Source: Amoeboaphelidium protococcarum X5
Lineage: Eukaryota; Fungi; Aphelidiomycota
Direction: 5' to 3'
Assembly: GCA_023515725.1 (NCBI GenBank)
Contig: JALDTO010000024.1
Location: 1-63,807, forward strand
DNA length: 63,807 bases
In this document: positions 1 through 13,996 of the stretch, one piece after another
Layout of the letters: every line of letters starts with the position of its first letter
How positions within the stretch are numbered: the first letter of the stretch is position 1
Made by a program: the position numbers and the translations under genes
Notes under the pieces: model-generated
What the model was told of the DNA's origin: nothing
Seen by the model: only the letters and a program-made list of their open reading frames with translations
Databases searched by the model: none

Positions 1-99
1 CGTATCTAGGTGAATTGATTAAAATTTGTGTATGTCTGTTGTAATCAGATTGATGATCCAAAATGCTAAAACTATAGATTAAAGACCCCATTGTATTAT

Positions 100-1066
100 T
101 CAACGTCTTTTAATTGACAACCGTTGTTTCAGAGCTGTGTGTATCGCTTCAGGCCAAAGGAGCAACTGGCGACGCGAGATGTTGCATTCATGTTCGTGAT
201 ATTGTGAGAGGAGGAGATCACAATGACAAATTGCGCAGATTACGACATAATCAGTCTTGTATGGCGTTAAATTATATTGTTGTGGTGATAGTACCTGGGC
301 GTATAACGGTAACAGCATGTTTTCATCTCTCTATGGACTTGTTTCAATACCTTGTAATTGTGCCATCAGTTTCTTGTACTGTGGATGGCCTGGCCTCCTT
401 GGCTAATCAGCATCTACTCCTCTGCACAAATGTTCATCGTATGCACTACTACTCATAAATATTCTCTTGCATAGTAAACAAGGAGCATTGTACAGAGATC
501 CACGGTAATTTTCAGCCTGAATACTGACTGGATCAGGAGCATGCTCTTACTAGTGATGAGTTTACACCTTTTAGAGTTAAATCTAATCTCCACATTACCG
601 CGACGAATCTTCAATCTTCCAATGAAATCCGCAGTGTTTCGCGTACAATCGGCAATCTCGCTGTATGTGATTGTGTAAACTTTACCTACTTGTAAACACA
701 AAGCACTCAGAGTGTATATACGATTTCAAATTGATATTAATATCAGGCGGTATATCGAGTCTATGTTCACGCATATATATGACAATCAAAACTTTTAATG
801 GTAGCGGATTGCAAGGATCCATATAATCCGTATCACCAGCTAATTGGTTTTGTTTTAAGCTGAGACTTTTCAGAGATTTTTCATAAGGACATTGCAATCG
901 TCTGTTCTAACACACAAGCTAATGATCCTACAATGGGAAAACTATAATTAATATCGAATTGCAATAGCATTCAACTTACCTATCGACAGCATTCTCTAAC
1001 CATCCGAGAACAACAGCATTGATACAGTTCACATTCACAATTAAAGAACGGAATTTATTGCGACAT
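100..1066 (-). CDS. Cys/His-rich multi-zinc-finger protein (TRAF/C2HC-like fingers); exons 1066-980 and 927-100
   Basis: With TAR=Gln, ORFs 682..897 and 100..318 join in one frame ending in TGA at 100. GTAAGT donor at 979 and TGTAG acceptor at 928 link it to aaaaaaATG at 1066. Motifs: CCRQDHQLVCQNRRLQCPY, CLLCKRIFMSSSAYDEHLC, CAICHCDLLLSQYHEHEC. Confidence 0.65.
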
Positions 1067-2051
1067 TTTTTATTCTCGAAACCGATAAACTAAGAATAAG
1101 TGGTAGAGAATAACGGGAATAACTACAGTCGCGCTGACCAGTTAAAGTGAGCACAAAATTATTCAATTCATTACACCGTCTGGATAAATTAAGGCTTCAT
1201 TGCAACACTTCATCATCACCGAAATTACCATTCAGTCGCTGTTGGATGATGAGAAAGTAGAGAATTATTCTAAAAATGGTATCATTCGGGGCGGGATTAC
1301 TAAACAAATTACTGACATCTAACTAGACGACTTGATAAGTACGATCGAAAAAAAGTTGACCGCCGATTTTAACTAAATGTCGCATATCAAAGGCCCTGTC
1401 TGAGCCAACATCAATCAAACGCGGCGTGATCAGGAGCCATCTTTGAGCGCGGCCAATAAATCCTTCGATCTCTGGCTTCTTCTCACCGCTGCGTTTTTTC
1501 CAATGACCCCTGAGCATTCAACGGCCCTTTATCACATTTTCCGTCCACAAACATTTTGATCGTGACTTGATAACGCCACACCACTTTTCTAGTGCAATTG
1601 ATTCTCCGAAAAAGGAAGTTGCTGGACAATCTCTATAAGCCTCATTTGCGTAATCATTATCGCCGCATTTATATTAGGTACTGCAAGTTGAATTTGATTG
1701 CCTGATTCCTGCTGCCCAACTTGATTTAGTAATCCTAGTAGATCGCTGACTCTTTTACGTAATTGCCTTTTTGCGGTTAAATAATCACTACGTGGCAACG
1801 ATAATTTATAAACAACGGCCACATATATACCTGGTGATTGAATTTTGTCTTTTTAGAGCTTACATTACATTACGTCGTATATAAGATAATTGCCTCTACT
1901 CGTCTATATATATACTTTGGAATTAGATTAGTGTAAAATACCCACCTTAGGTATGACTCTTACTAGTGTTGCAAGTACTTATAACTCTTTTGCGGTGTTG
2001 TCCAATGAAGATCACTCTGTCATGCCGAATTCACCATCATCGGCTGTTTAA

Positions 2052-3881
2052 ATGTCTCCTGCACTCGTTGCCAAGACCAAGATTGCCCGTGACTATAATA
2101 GTGTCTGTCACAAGGCCGCCCGCCCGCAGTCTACTGCTAGTGTTGACACGTCATCAACGGAAGATTATGATCCATTGTCTAGAGTCGATACACCGCCACT
2201 CACACCTCCATCACCTGGAAATTTGACGTTGAGTATGCGCAATTAGTATTCCGGTATAAAGGGTGTGGTCGATTTAGATGGCAAAATCTAGGGAGATTAT
2301 AGTGAAGCCAATTCCACCTCAGTGAAAGTGTCTTCGCTCAAGGCCAGAGTGTTACCTGATGGAGAAAAGTCAGCCACATACCCACCATTGCCTTGTGCCA
2401 AGCATCAGATGTATAATCCTGAAGAAGATCTGGAAGAGGCTCCTCTGTTCGTCTTGTTGACCACTTATTTTGGATACTTTGTTTTGCTACTCTTTGGACA
2501 TACTCGTGACTTTTTTGGCAAGATCTTTAGATATAGAAAGTACTCGCACATGATGTAATCTGATGGTTACGCTCCACTCACATCTGACTTTGAGTCCTTC
2601 TATACCAGAAGATTGTACACGCGAATTAGAGATTGCTGGAATCGTCCTATCACTGATGTTCCAGGCCGTACCTTGACTCTGTTGGAGAGAGAAAGTAATG
2701 ACTTCAACAAGACATTTAAGCTTTTGGGAACTAAGAGGGAGGTGTTGAATCTGTCTTCATACAACTATCTCGGTTTCGCTCAGTCTGAAGGCCTCTGTGC
2801 TGACATGGTGGAGGATGCAGTCAATGTGTATGGTGTTGGTCTCTCTTCTTCGCGTATGGATCTTGGCACAAGTGACCAACACTAAAAGTTGGAGAAGTTG
2901 GTGGCCAGATTTCTGGGTAAAGAAGATTCTATGGTTATTAGTATGGGATTTGCTACCAACTCCACTACTCTGCCAGCTCTGGTTGAGAAGGGAAGTTTGA
3001 TTATAAGTGATGAACTCAATCACTCAAGTTTGGTTTTCGGTGCTCGACTGTCTGGTGCTGCCATTAGAATCTTTAAGCATAATGATATTAAAGATTTGGA
3101 GCGTCTGTTGCGTGATGCCATCTCTCAGGGATAGCCTAGAACTCATAGACCGTGGAAGAAGATTTTGATTGTGGTCGAAGGTTTGTACTCTATGGAGGGT
3201 AGTATCGTGAATTTGCCTGAGATTGTAGAGTTGAAGAAGAAGTACAAATGCTATCTCTACGTGGATGAGGCTCATTCTATCGGTGCTCTAGGTCCACGTG
3301 GTGGTGGAGTTTGTGACTACTTTGGCGTTGACCCTGCTGATATCGACATTCTAATGGGCACATTCACCAAGTCTTTTGGTGCCGCTGGTGGATACATTGC
3401 TGCGTCCAAGGCTATCGTTAATCACCTCAAGCTGAAGAATCATGGTAGTATCTATGCTGAGCCAATGGCACCACCTGTGGCAGAGCAAGTATATGCTTCC
3501 ATGAAATTGATTCTGGGTGAAGATGGCTCTGATAATGGCTAGCAACGTTTGAAGCGTATTGCAGATAACAGCGTTTACTTTAGACGTGAGTTGAAGAAGA
3601 TGGGATTCATCGTGTATGGTCATGAAGATTCACCTGTGATTCCAATGCTGCTCTTTAATCCAGGTAAGATTCCCGCCTTCTCTCGGGAGTGTCTTAAGAG
3701 AGGCGTCGCTGTGGTTGTTGTCGGATATCCAGCCACTCCAATTATCACATCTCGCGCCAGATTTTGTATGTCCGCTGCTCATGATAGACAAGATCTCGAT
3801 TTTGCATTGAAAGTAATAAGTGAAGTTGGTGACTTGTTGCAGCTTAAACAAGGTAAATTGCATTTGAATGGAACTCATTGA
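2052..3881 (+). CDS. LCB2: Serine palmitoyltransferase catalytic subunit 2
   Basis: Six same-frame ORF fragments joined by TAA/TAG, ending in TGA; 609 aa. Motifs [19 protein letters not shown](TAG)[18 protein letters not shown] and the PLP lysine motif GTFTKSFG. Confidence 0.96.
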
Positions 3882-4067
3882 TTGTGCTAAGAGTTGGTAC
3901 CATATGAAGAATTCATTTGGCATTTGAGTTGATTTAGGGATTCAGATTTAATTATATATTTATATCGTGGGTGTAAGTAAATTTTATCATATTCAAACTT
4001 TCACTATATTACAAAATCAATCATTACAAATTATATTACACGTTACCCAAAATTACACCAGACGGCA

Positions 4068-6431
4068 TCACAGTGAGTGACTATCAAAATCAATGCTCCG
4101 TAAATCTTCGTCTGATATGCTCAGATTAACTTGTTCAGATAGAGCGGGACTTTGAGAATCACTTAAATGATTATAGCTGTCATTAAAATCAGTCATTTAC
4201 TTCAGTTTGTCTTCATCAACGTCAAAACTTTTAACTAGCTCTTTGGATAATTCACCTAGCGCCTTTAACACCGACTTGGCATCAGATACTTCGACTGTGG
4301 TATCAAATTTTGTCTAATGACCAGACGGCTGAATAGGCGAAGTCACTGGACTTATCGAAAGATTTTGCATTCCTTGACGAGGAGGTGATGTGGGAGAAGT
4401 GACAAAGGATGGTTCATCTTTACTATTGCTGTGATTACTAAACTGATTCAAGGATCCGGATTTGCTAGATTCTTCCTCTTCCACCATAATTCCTTTCTAC
4501 AGACTAGAGTAGCAAATGTGGCCAGAGACGGCAGCATCGATAGTCTTTTAAATAGAGGCAAGTTCCAATCGATGCACATGTTCACCCTCACTAAACATAT
4601 CTGTCAACACTTCGCCATCACTCATAGTCATGGACATTGTGCTGGTGCCTACAGAATGTGAAGACTTTGAGCTAATCTCAACAGCAGACGCGGTTGAAAT
4701 AATTGACTCAATAGATGTTTACACAGCTTCATCCTTGGGCAGATTAACTTCACGCACCACCTCTCTGACTATATCATCGACGGCCAGATTCGAAACCTCA
4801 AGAGCAGTCTAGATAACAACATTCTTCTCCTATTAAACCTCTTTTACTAGTTATTTAAGTCCACTTTTAATCAGCTCAGATTCAACATCATTCGCCAAAG
4901 ACTGGACCAGATCTCTACCAGACTTGATTTAATTCAACTAATTAACCACTAACAATCTGCAATCCTTCTGTATGATTTAGTCCAGCACATCTTCATAAAC
5001 TGAATAAGCCAACTGATGCGCTTACAATGAAGACAATAATAAATTTTACAAATCAGATACTGACGTAGATTGAGTCAACTTAACAGGCTGCACAGATATC
5101 TTGTCAGTACCCGAAATTTTGTCACTTTAAGTAAATGTACTAACACTTTTCAATTCTTACTTTGCAGCCTAAATAGGAGGATATTATTACACTTTAGGAC
5201 GAGGCTGCAACTTCTCTTTAGAAATCTGGGGAGGTTTGATCATTCTACTTTTAATGAAAACAGGTTTATTAGCAACTTGTACATTATAAAACTTTGGCGG
5301 ACCTTTGTGTGGACTCTTGGATCGGGATTTTTACAAAGTAGATTAAGATCGCTGAGCTGGTGATGGTTCTTCAAACTAAACTTTGCGCGGAGACTTCTAC
5401 TCCGGCACATTATCAGCGCGAGCGCTTTGAGAGGGCGTGCACTTTGCAGATTTAGTGGGAGGTGACCGCCCTCGAGATTAACTTTATCGATCAGGGAACT
5501 TTTAGGAGACACTTTATGATTGACTATGAGTGTTCTTGCTCAAATACTATTAAACTTCCAGAGCAGGATTCAAAAAGCCTAGATCATCATACGTTTTCTA
5601 TCCACTCTTTACAATCTCATCATTCAGAATGTACTCATATGCATTAAGATGAAATGACTCTAAATCTTTCAGAAATTACTTTCGTTTCTGGCTGAAATCA
5701 TCCACAACTGACTTTATCTAATCCACTTCCACTCTACTTAAAGCGTTAAACTACTTCATCAATGAATCTAATTCATCAAATTATGCAGCGTACTTGAGTT
5801 CAACTTTATTGCCATTAGCAAATCCACTTCTCTTTAGATTGTTAGGGCCTTCTACAGCCAACTTTCCGTTAGTTGAAGAAGCGTCGTGAGTTGAAATATG
5901 TTGATGAGTCTAACTGCTGCCTTGACGGGCACTCTACGATAAGGAGAACAAGTCATTCATTGCCAACTTTGCCTCGTTACTTGCAAACTATCTATGACTA
6001 CTGACCAGCTCTTATTATTACTACATATACCTGATATTCAAGCTGTGCATTTACGATTGCAAGTCGGTCAACTTCTAAAATTCCACCTGATCCAGTGCAA
6101 CCTTTTCAGCTTGATTCGCATCCTTGAGAACGGCAGATTATACAGGCGGTAAGTTCTCCTATTCTGGTACTACAGATAATTACTAAACATGAGCGTCTTC
6201 GGAATTCTTCGATTCAGTATTCTGTTGTGGCAATGAGGATTTCCATTATGGTTCAAACTCAATAGCAGAAGAAGAAGAGGGCTTCTTAATAATGGATGGA
6301 GTTGGCTACGTTGCGCATTTCGGCAGTGCAGTAGTCACGGCAGTATTCACTTTAGACTTTCTCTTTGCTTTGAAATACAGCTCATTAACTCTCTAAATGT
6401 TCTTTTCAATTTGAGAACTTATATGTTCCAT
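4068..6431 (-). CDS. Hypothetical 787-aa Gln/Ser-rich coiled-coil protein (weakly reminiscent of centriolar TALPID3)
   Basis: Continuous frame from MEHISSQIEKNIQRV to TGA at 4068 when TAR=Gln. Low complexity; SDGEVL/SEGE motifs. Family not securely recognised. Confidence 0.7.
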
Positions 6432-6635
6432 TTAATCAATGCTCTAGTACAGTCTAAATACCCAATAAAAGCCCAGCTTAATTAGTATATGACAGTATGA
6501 CAGAAGTAAAACGATAGAAAGAGAGAGACTACGTTGTTAAAGTGAAACAAGAAGAAAAACGCGGAACAGCAGAAGATTCGCTAAAGAAAGTAGACTCTCA
6601 TGTTACAGTGCATCCCAATATTACTTTATTGACAA

Positions 6636-8342
6636 TCAAACATAAATGAAATACTGTTCAATATCCTTAATGTAGCACAAGTATAAACATCGTTCTGTAT
6701 TAGCATATACCAACGCGTCCGGAACGATATTCTCAAACATTGACATTTCGAGGAGGCCTGGGGCATATCTTGTAATCAATCCTAGGATTATATTGAATAC
6801 AGTCTTTTCTGCATCAACAGACACCAGATTGTAATTAATCACTTTAAATAGCTCCATCTTTTTTATGGCCTTTAAGTTCAAATAAAATGCATTCAGCAGT
6901 AAGTATATCATTTTCTCACGCGAAACATCAAATTCTACCAGTTCACAATATAGAGTTATGAGTGGTAGATACGGCACCAGAGATGACACAACTTTTATCT
7001 TGTTTTGGCTGAGAAACTCTTCGATTAGTGGGAGGAGACGCGTATTTAGAGTATCGGCATTTAATAACGCCATCAACGCATACGAGCCCAAGGCTGAAAC
7101 ATCCATCATTGTACAATCTTCATTCAGACAGGAGGCAGTCAGAATTTCAACACAAATTAGGCTGTTCACATCTTAACACGCTCTCAATATTCGATTCTGA
7201 TGATAAAGACATGCCATATATATGAAATTTCTGTCTAAACGCACATGTGTTGACTTATCTTGCAGGATATGCACACAGGTATCAAATGGTAGGTGCTTTG
7301 AAGCCAACAGTAATTGACGCGGCTTGTTCAACTTCCTGATCAATTACGTCAATCTTTATTAATGCATGTTGTCTTATCTAACTAGATATATGTACATTTA
7401 CCATTTTTCACAATAAGCGTCATCATCCAATTAAGAGATTTAGTGTTCAAGCTTCTCCATAACAAAGTCTTTAATCTAATCGTGACGGAGAAACTCCTCA
7501 GTTTATTGATTGAGAGATGCCACATGAATCCATCGATCTAGTAATAGAGACACGTTATCATAGAAGCTAGGTACTGCTAAACACTACCCAATTATCCATT
7601 ACAATACTATTTATGCTGACAGCTGATTGACCATCATTAAATTACGATGTCGAAACAAATCAACTGCAATCAATAGAATACTGACGCGCTTCTCATAACT
7701 AAGGCGATTATACATTGGTTAGAATTGCTTTATAATAATGAACAACAGCTCGAACCTACTCAAATTTGACTAACTGGGGTCAATGAAAAGCTTGTGACAG
7801 GATGCAAATGTCACGCCTTTTAATGGAATATCACTATAAACGCAATGGCAGAACTACAAATGAATAACATCTTGCTAACGATCATTTCGACATTCACCCG
7901 TCCTCCTAACAGAATAGCCTAAAGCTTAAGCAGCCAGTAGTAATCCATTCTATAACTATGTAAATTTCTTCTTATTCCCGAGCAGAATTTAAAGTAGAAA
8001 ACCAGAACGCACAAACTAGGTACATAGCAATGCGAAACTATGCTGCGGATGTTTCTAGATCATGGTCGCGACCGTTTCAGCAATTAATCTGATCGTTTCA
8101 CTCCCTTCATCGTCACTGCACGATTGGATCAGTTTAATCATAGCCTCCTCCAAGCGTGTCAAGTCCTTGTTATTGATATCAGTACTATTATCCACAATAT
8201 GTTAAGCAATTATCATCCCTTAATGAACAGAAAATTCGAGAACGTGCAACAGACATCCGAGTGAAAACTCTCTGTGAAGCCTGTAATTCAAAGTTTCGTT
8301 CTGTATCAACTCTACACGAACACTCTATTTCATCTTTTTCAT
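6636..8342 (-). CDS. Hypothetical alpha-helical (HEAT/ARM-like) protein, ~568 aa; may extend to ATG 8463 via a 22-nt intron
   Basis: Open frame MKKMKQSVRVELIQ to TGA at 6636 with TAR=Gln; includes track ORF 6636..7169; Leu-rich and helical. Confidence 0.7.
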
Positions 8343-8646
8343 AACTAAAATATTAATTTCACATACCTCTCAGAAATAGAATATCATTAAGATCTCTTTC
8401 TAAATGGTTATTATCCGCGTGTGAACGGGGTATCTTCAACTTGACAATCAAACTTTTCATCATTGAGTTCACTGAATAAGGCGTTGCGATCTTTCACTTT
8501 GACAGAGAAGAAGACTTCCGTTCGTCATTTCTCTCTCCTTTCTTTCACAACGAACGACAAAGAACAGTTCAACTCGTATATTAAACAGTAGTAAACGAAC
8601 TTTATAAAAATTACAGTCAGTGCTGACAATTATTGCTAGAAAAGCT

Positions 8647-9894
8647 ATGAGAATTTCTGTTAATATAGGCCTCTTAGTATTGCTGTAAGTTGCTAGAATT
8701 CTGTTGCCTGTGTAGCGACATTACATAGTCACCGCCCAGATGATTGTTGCCTTTAATATTGCGCTTGAACTGGTATACATCTGGTGTTTGTAATTGTATC
8801 ATAAGTACAGTGGTTCTGGTGTGGAGAAGTATGTTAGACGGTGGTAGAAGAATAAAGCAGCAACGTAGCCATCACCAAAGAGCCCTTAGAAGCAATAACA
8901 ACCTATTCAGCCTCGACCACTTAGTAGGAATTCCATGACACCTTCTCCATCACGTTCTATGGGCACATTATCTGCATCTCCAACCAAGATGGGTGGATTT
9001 GAGAAGTAGAAATTTAACTAATAGCAGCAATAATTGAACTAATCTGAATTATTTTAAAAGATGGAAATAATCAAGGTTCATAAAAGTCCATTAAAAGCAG
9101 ACATATCAAATCTAACGTCCTCTACATAGCGATATCAATATGCTAGCAAGAGTCCAGGAAGGAAATCTAATAAAAACCAAAGTATGGATGTATCAGGTTC
9201 TACAGTATCTTTTGAGATTGGTTTAGATTTACTGTTATGGAGCGATAAAGATCTGTTAATGTCCATGAACTTGTTAAAGAGATGGTTGCATGATCATGTA
9301 CTAGCCCTGTTCAATCCTGATGATTAGGCTATGTAAAGTAATGTAGACAGACTGGTGAACAAGATTGTGGTGGACCTACATCAGGTATAAATTCTGCAAT
9401 AATCCTAAGTTAAATCTCACGTTCAGGAGCGATTGAGATATTTGTTGAAAGATTAAAATCTGGGTCATTACTCTGTGGAGCCATCATCTAAATTTAGTAT
9501 TAGTGATTCTCATATCATTCTAATGTCTCTTATTGTCTATCTAGATCAGGTGTTCAAGTCGCTGAATTATGGCGATAATCATTTTAACACAAAGTTTGTG
9601 ACAATGTCCCGGTCTGAGTTAAATGCTAGAAATGACAATAGTGTTGATTAGGATAGTGGTAGTAGTATTGCACCTGCTCCAGGACTGTGTTAGCTGTACA
9701 TAAAAGACTAGAATCCCTTACATATTAACCTGCTGTATAGATCCAAGCTATGGTAAATGCCGTCCGGAAAGTTTAATTTATTTTACGCGTTGTGCTGCTT
9801 TTTCAAGTGGTACGATGTCAACTACTTGGGCTTCATTGATACTTTTAACATTCACGGTGGATCTCGCCTTGGTATGATCCTCCCTAAAAAGTGA
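8647..9894 (+). CDS. TMEM209: TMEM209/NET31-like nuclear envelope protein
   Basis: 415 aa: two N-terminal hydrophobic segments, an SP-rich linker, and C-terminal SDSHIILMSLIVYLDQ and NPLHINLLYRSKLWQMPSGKFNLFYALCCF, resembling TMEM209 TDSAIIMHVFCTYLD and NPPHYELIY..YNLPKGRNNMFHTL. Confidence 0.75.
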
Positions 9895-10180
9895 TATCTC
9901 TTCTTGATTTAAATAAATAATAATAGATTGCCAAGAATTGCGACAATTAGTTTTATGACATTTTACATTTGTATTGAACTAGATTTTTGATATCTTCACG
10001 CTGCTTTAATCTCAGGAGGGCAGGGAGAGTTGATGAAGATCGTAAGCTTAGCTCTTCTCCTTGATTTTACTCACCATTCAAAAGTGCACCTGTTTTTTAG
10101 GAATAAATAGCATTTTCAATTCCAATATAGCTCTTGTTTTATAAAAGTATATCATTCTATAATATACAACTGTTGAAAAG

Positions 10181-13016
10181 ATGTTGAATCCGAGGCTAAA
10201 TATGTTTCCATAATTTTAGATAGCGCCTCAGTAGAATTTAAAGACGTCTCGAGAGGATTTGCACCAGGTAATGTGATAAATTTTAATAAAACAATAATAA
10301 AGAATATAGTAATCTTGGGTAGGCATCGCGGATACAGTGTACTGAAGATGATTATAGTAGATGGGAGTAGATGCTGCAGATGGCGTATACAGAGGAGCAG
10401 TTGCGTAACCCATTTCTCCGTGATGATCCTGGCAGTAACGATTTAAACCCGCTTCATATCGCTGCTGGTACTGGTAATATGGAAATGCTCAAACGGTGCT
10501 TGAATGTATTTAGAATTAACTTACCTGATAAGGAAGGTAGAACACCGCTCATATATGCAGTCATTGGGAATCATCAGCAGGTGGTGGAGTATTTGATTAA
10601 GCGTGATGCCAACTGTAATCTCTGCGATTATGAGGGACGATCACCAGTACATTGGGCCACGTATTATGGTAGATTTGAAATATTGAGGCTTCTGCTGCAG
10701 CTCGGAGCTGATCATACCATATGTGATAATGAATATAGAACACCACTGCATTGGGCTACAGGTGTACAGAGTATCAGGTGTTTTCATCTCTTGTTGTAGA
10801 AGAGCGCTCTGTGCCAATTTGAATTGAATCGACCTGATCTAGAATAGATGACCATTACCCACTGGGCTGTGTATAACAATCAGCCTTTCAGATTGGAGAA
10901 GATTCTGTAGTTACGGCCCAACGTTCTGCTGACAGACATTGAGGGAAAGACCCCGCTTCATTGGACTGTACCTTTCCATAAGGATCTCTCATGCGCCCAG
11001 CTCTTGTTAAAGTATGAAGAAAAGTTGCTGAATGTACCTGATTTGGAGCGAAGAACGTTACTGCATTTGGTATGCTCTGAGAATAATGCGTCTCTGTTTA
11101 ATTTTATCATCAATTTTGAGGATCTAATCATGGACTGTAAAGATATCAGCGGTCGTACGCCCATGCATTATGCCGCAGTAGCTGGCAATCATACTTTTAT
11201 CTAGGGACTGCTGGACCGGGGTGCTTTGGATTCTGTATAAGATCAGTCTGGTGCTACTTCTCTACACTATGCGTGCCTCAAGAATCACTCATAGTGTGTG
11301 ACTGCTCTTCTGTCTAGAAAGACTTTCAGCTACCTCCCTGATCGCGAAGAATAGTATCCATTAATCTATGCTGTGCGGAAAGGCAATGTGTAATGTGTGC
11401 AAAAGCTGTTGGAGCGAGAAATTGATGCTAACAAGCGCGATTCTAATAATCAGGTAGCTCTTCATATTGCTGCAAGTTCTGGGTAATCTCTTTGTGTGAG
11501 TTAATTGTTAGAGTTCTAATGTGATGCGCAGGCAGTTGATGATTTGTAATAAACGGCACTGCATAAAGCTGCGGCTAATGGATATGCTGAGTGCTGTAAT
11601 ATATTGATTCAAGGTAAAGTTGGAGTGGATCAGTAGGATGGTAGAGGATAGTCTGCATTGCATCTGGCAGCCATGAACAATTATCTCACAGTGTGTAGCG
11701 TTCTACTGGCGAACCATGTTCAAATTGATTTGCGTGATGGTGATGGAAAGACTGCGCTTCATTATGCTGCACAATATGGTCATCAGGATTTGGTTAAATT
11801 TCTTTTGGAGAATCGGGCAGATATTGAAGCACAGGATGATGAATAGCTAACTGCTCTGCACTGGGCAGCACTGAAAGGTCAGACAGAAGTGGTGCGTTTA
11901 CTCGCTCAAGAAGGAGCGAATATCAATGCTTCCAACAGACTATACAATCTACCGACTCCGCTTGATTTTGCCATTGTCGCCGGGTAAGAAGACGTGGTGG
12001 ATCTGCTGGAAGATCTTGGCGCGATGACTCTTAGCATGTTCTTTGACTACATGGCCATACGTATTCAGACATTGTGGCGTGGATTTATGCAACGGTCCAG
12101 ATTCATTGGTAAAGCCAGGTAGGAACTGATGAAATAACGATAGCAGCGTAATAAAGCTGCGCTTGTGATTTAAAAGTTTATGCGTAGGAAAGTGCTGTTG
12201 AGAATTAAATTAAAATATCTGCTGTCAGGGCGTCAGGTTTCTGCTAGCCAGTCGTCATTCAATGATAGTTATAATTCTGATGAACTTCACTATTTCGCTT
12301 AATAAAGAAAGATGATGCAAGTGGATTAGAATAAAGAGAAGACTGTTGTTGTTAAACGTAATGATAAAATGCAGACAAGAGAACGCCCTTTATAATCATA
12401 GGCTTAAACTATGACCTTGAGCAGATAGAAGAACAAAGCTCAGGTGACTGTGACGCGTCAGGTGGATGATGGTGATAATGAATATAGTCAGTATGAAGTG
12501 TAGAATTTGTTGCTTTAGTACTAACAGTAGTTGGAAATGATCAACCAGTAGTAGCGTGAAATGGAGCTGATCAAACAAGAGATGTGCTTGAAGATTGATG
12601 AGCTGATTGGAAAGTTGCCTTCTCAGCCAACACTGTAGAGGTAAGTATATAAATAATAGCAAACTGCACGTTATGATCAATAAGTGGCCGTCCATTTGCA
12701 ATAATCAAGAGCTGCCACTTCTTTTAGACGTCCCAGTGTGGTGAAGAAGGTTCAGTTCCAGGATGTCGCCGAATAACTGCCAGGCCTGACGCTACCATCG
12801 TATGATTTGAATATGGAAGAGTAGTAGTAGTATTAGTAGAATCTGGTGAAAAAGCCTCATTCTGCGAGTTCCTCTATCCACTAGTAATAGTTGCAGCCAT
12901 AAGCTCATCACAATGACCAACAAGACAGTATGGTACATCTTCAAGACACGATGGGCAGTGCTGAGTTGCTCTACTTTCAAGAAGCTCAAAAGAAGATTGA
13001 TTAGAGGCCTCACTGA
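10181..13016 (+). CDS. Inversin-like protein: ~15 ankyrin repeats, 2 IQ motifs, Gln-rich tail; probable intron 10268-10322
   Basis: Tandem TPLHxAA ankyrin repeats (10440-12020); IQ motifs IRIQTLWRGFMQR and LVIQKFMRRK; TGA at 13014. GTAATG..GGGTAG intron links to ATG 10181 (alternative start 10371). Confidence 0.85.
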
Positions 13017-13231
13017 TTAGCATCTTTGTCTTGACTCTAGTAACATTGTACGTAAAAATGTAAATATAGTATTAAAAATGATGATGATAATTATTTGATG
13101 AGCTTAAATATATATTTTTGCAGCGATGATAAGAATTTACAATCATTATGCAGCTAGTGTAATAAAATACTAATTAATTCATAGATAAATGTAATTTTAT
13201 TAGATTAGTAGTAGTAGTATAATCAATAAAA

Positions 13232-13594
13232 TCACTCTTCAGCTGGAGGCATTGGCTGCACCTTTGGATTATAGAATAGACTCTTGTATCCATCTTTCCA
13301 AGGGAACGGCTTAGTGCGAATGTGCAAGTGCGGCAGATCCTTAAAGTGTGGAGGATGATGAGCCATGTGCTCCATATGAGCCTTCTCAATCATGAATGCA
13401 TTGATAGCCACGATACTCAGCAGGGGAATGCCGGACACGAAGAAGATGTTCTTCCACAACTTGGCCGTCTTGGCAGCATGTTCACTCTTGTGGGTCTCAA
13501 AGTCAATCAACTCTTTACCCATCACACCCTTCTCCGGAATACCAAATATGGTTCTCTTCTAAGCAGACAACTTTAATGCACGTCTTGCAAACAT
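13232..13594 (-). CDS. COX13: Cytochrome c oxidase subunit VIa (COX6A/Cox13)
   Basis: Mitochondrial presequence MFARRALKLSAQKR, HAAKTAKLWKNI, one TM helix, HLHIRTKPFPWKDGYKSLFYNPKV. Confidence 0.93.
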
Positions 13595-13996
13595 GTTTAA
13601 TTCCAATTTTATAAAATCTGATATTATTCGGCTAAGTAAATGGCTTTTAATAAAATAAATATAAAAATGAAAGTGATAAAAAGAACGTTCACGCTCAATG
13701 TACGTTAACCAGAAGAAACGACTGGGAAATGGCAAACGGAAAGAACAACAGCAAGCAAGTGCGAGAGTGAAAAAGCGATTTGTGGATGAGACATCGCGTT
13801 CTATAAATGAGAGAGTGTCGAATTTGACCTTTCCCTATTTCACCTTCCCAGTCGAGAAAACGTTGAAAAGTTATAATCTCATTCGTGTTTCAGATTCTAT
13901 TCAGTTTACGCTTTTCTCGTATTCTTACCGTTCATTTCATTTCATTGGAGTGGGTGAGTGAGTGAGTGTAGGGAACCATTGATAAATAAAGTGGGA

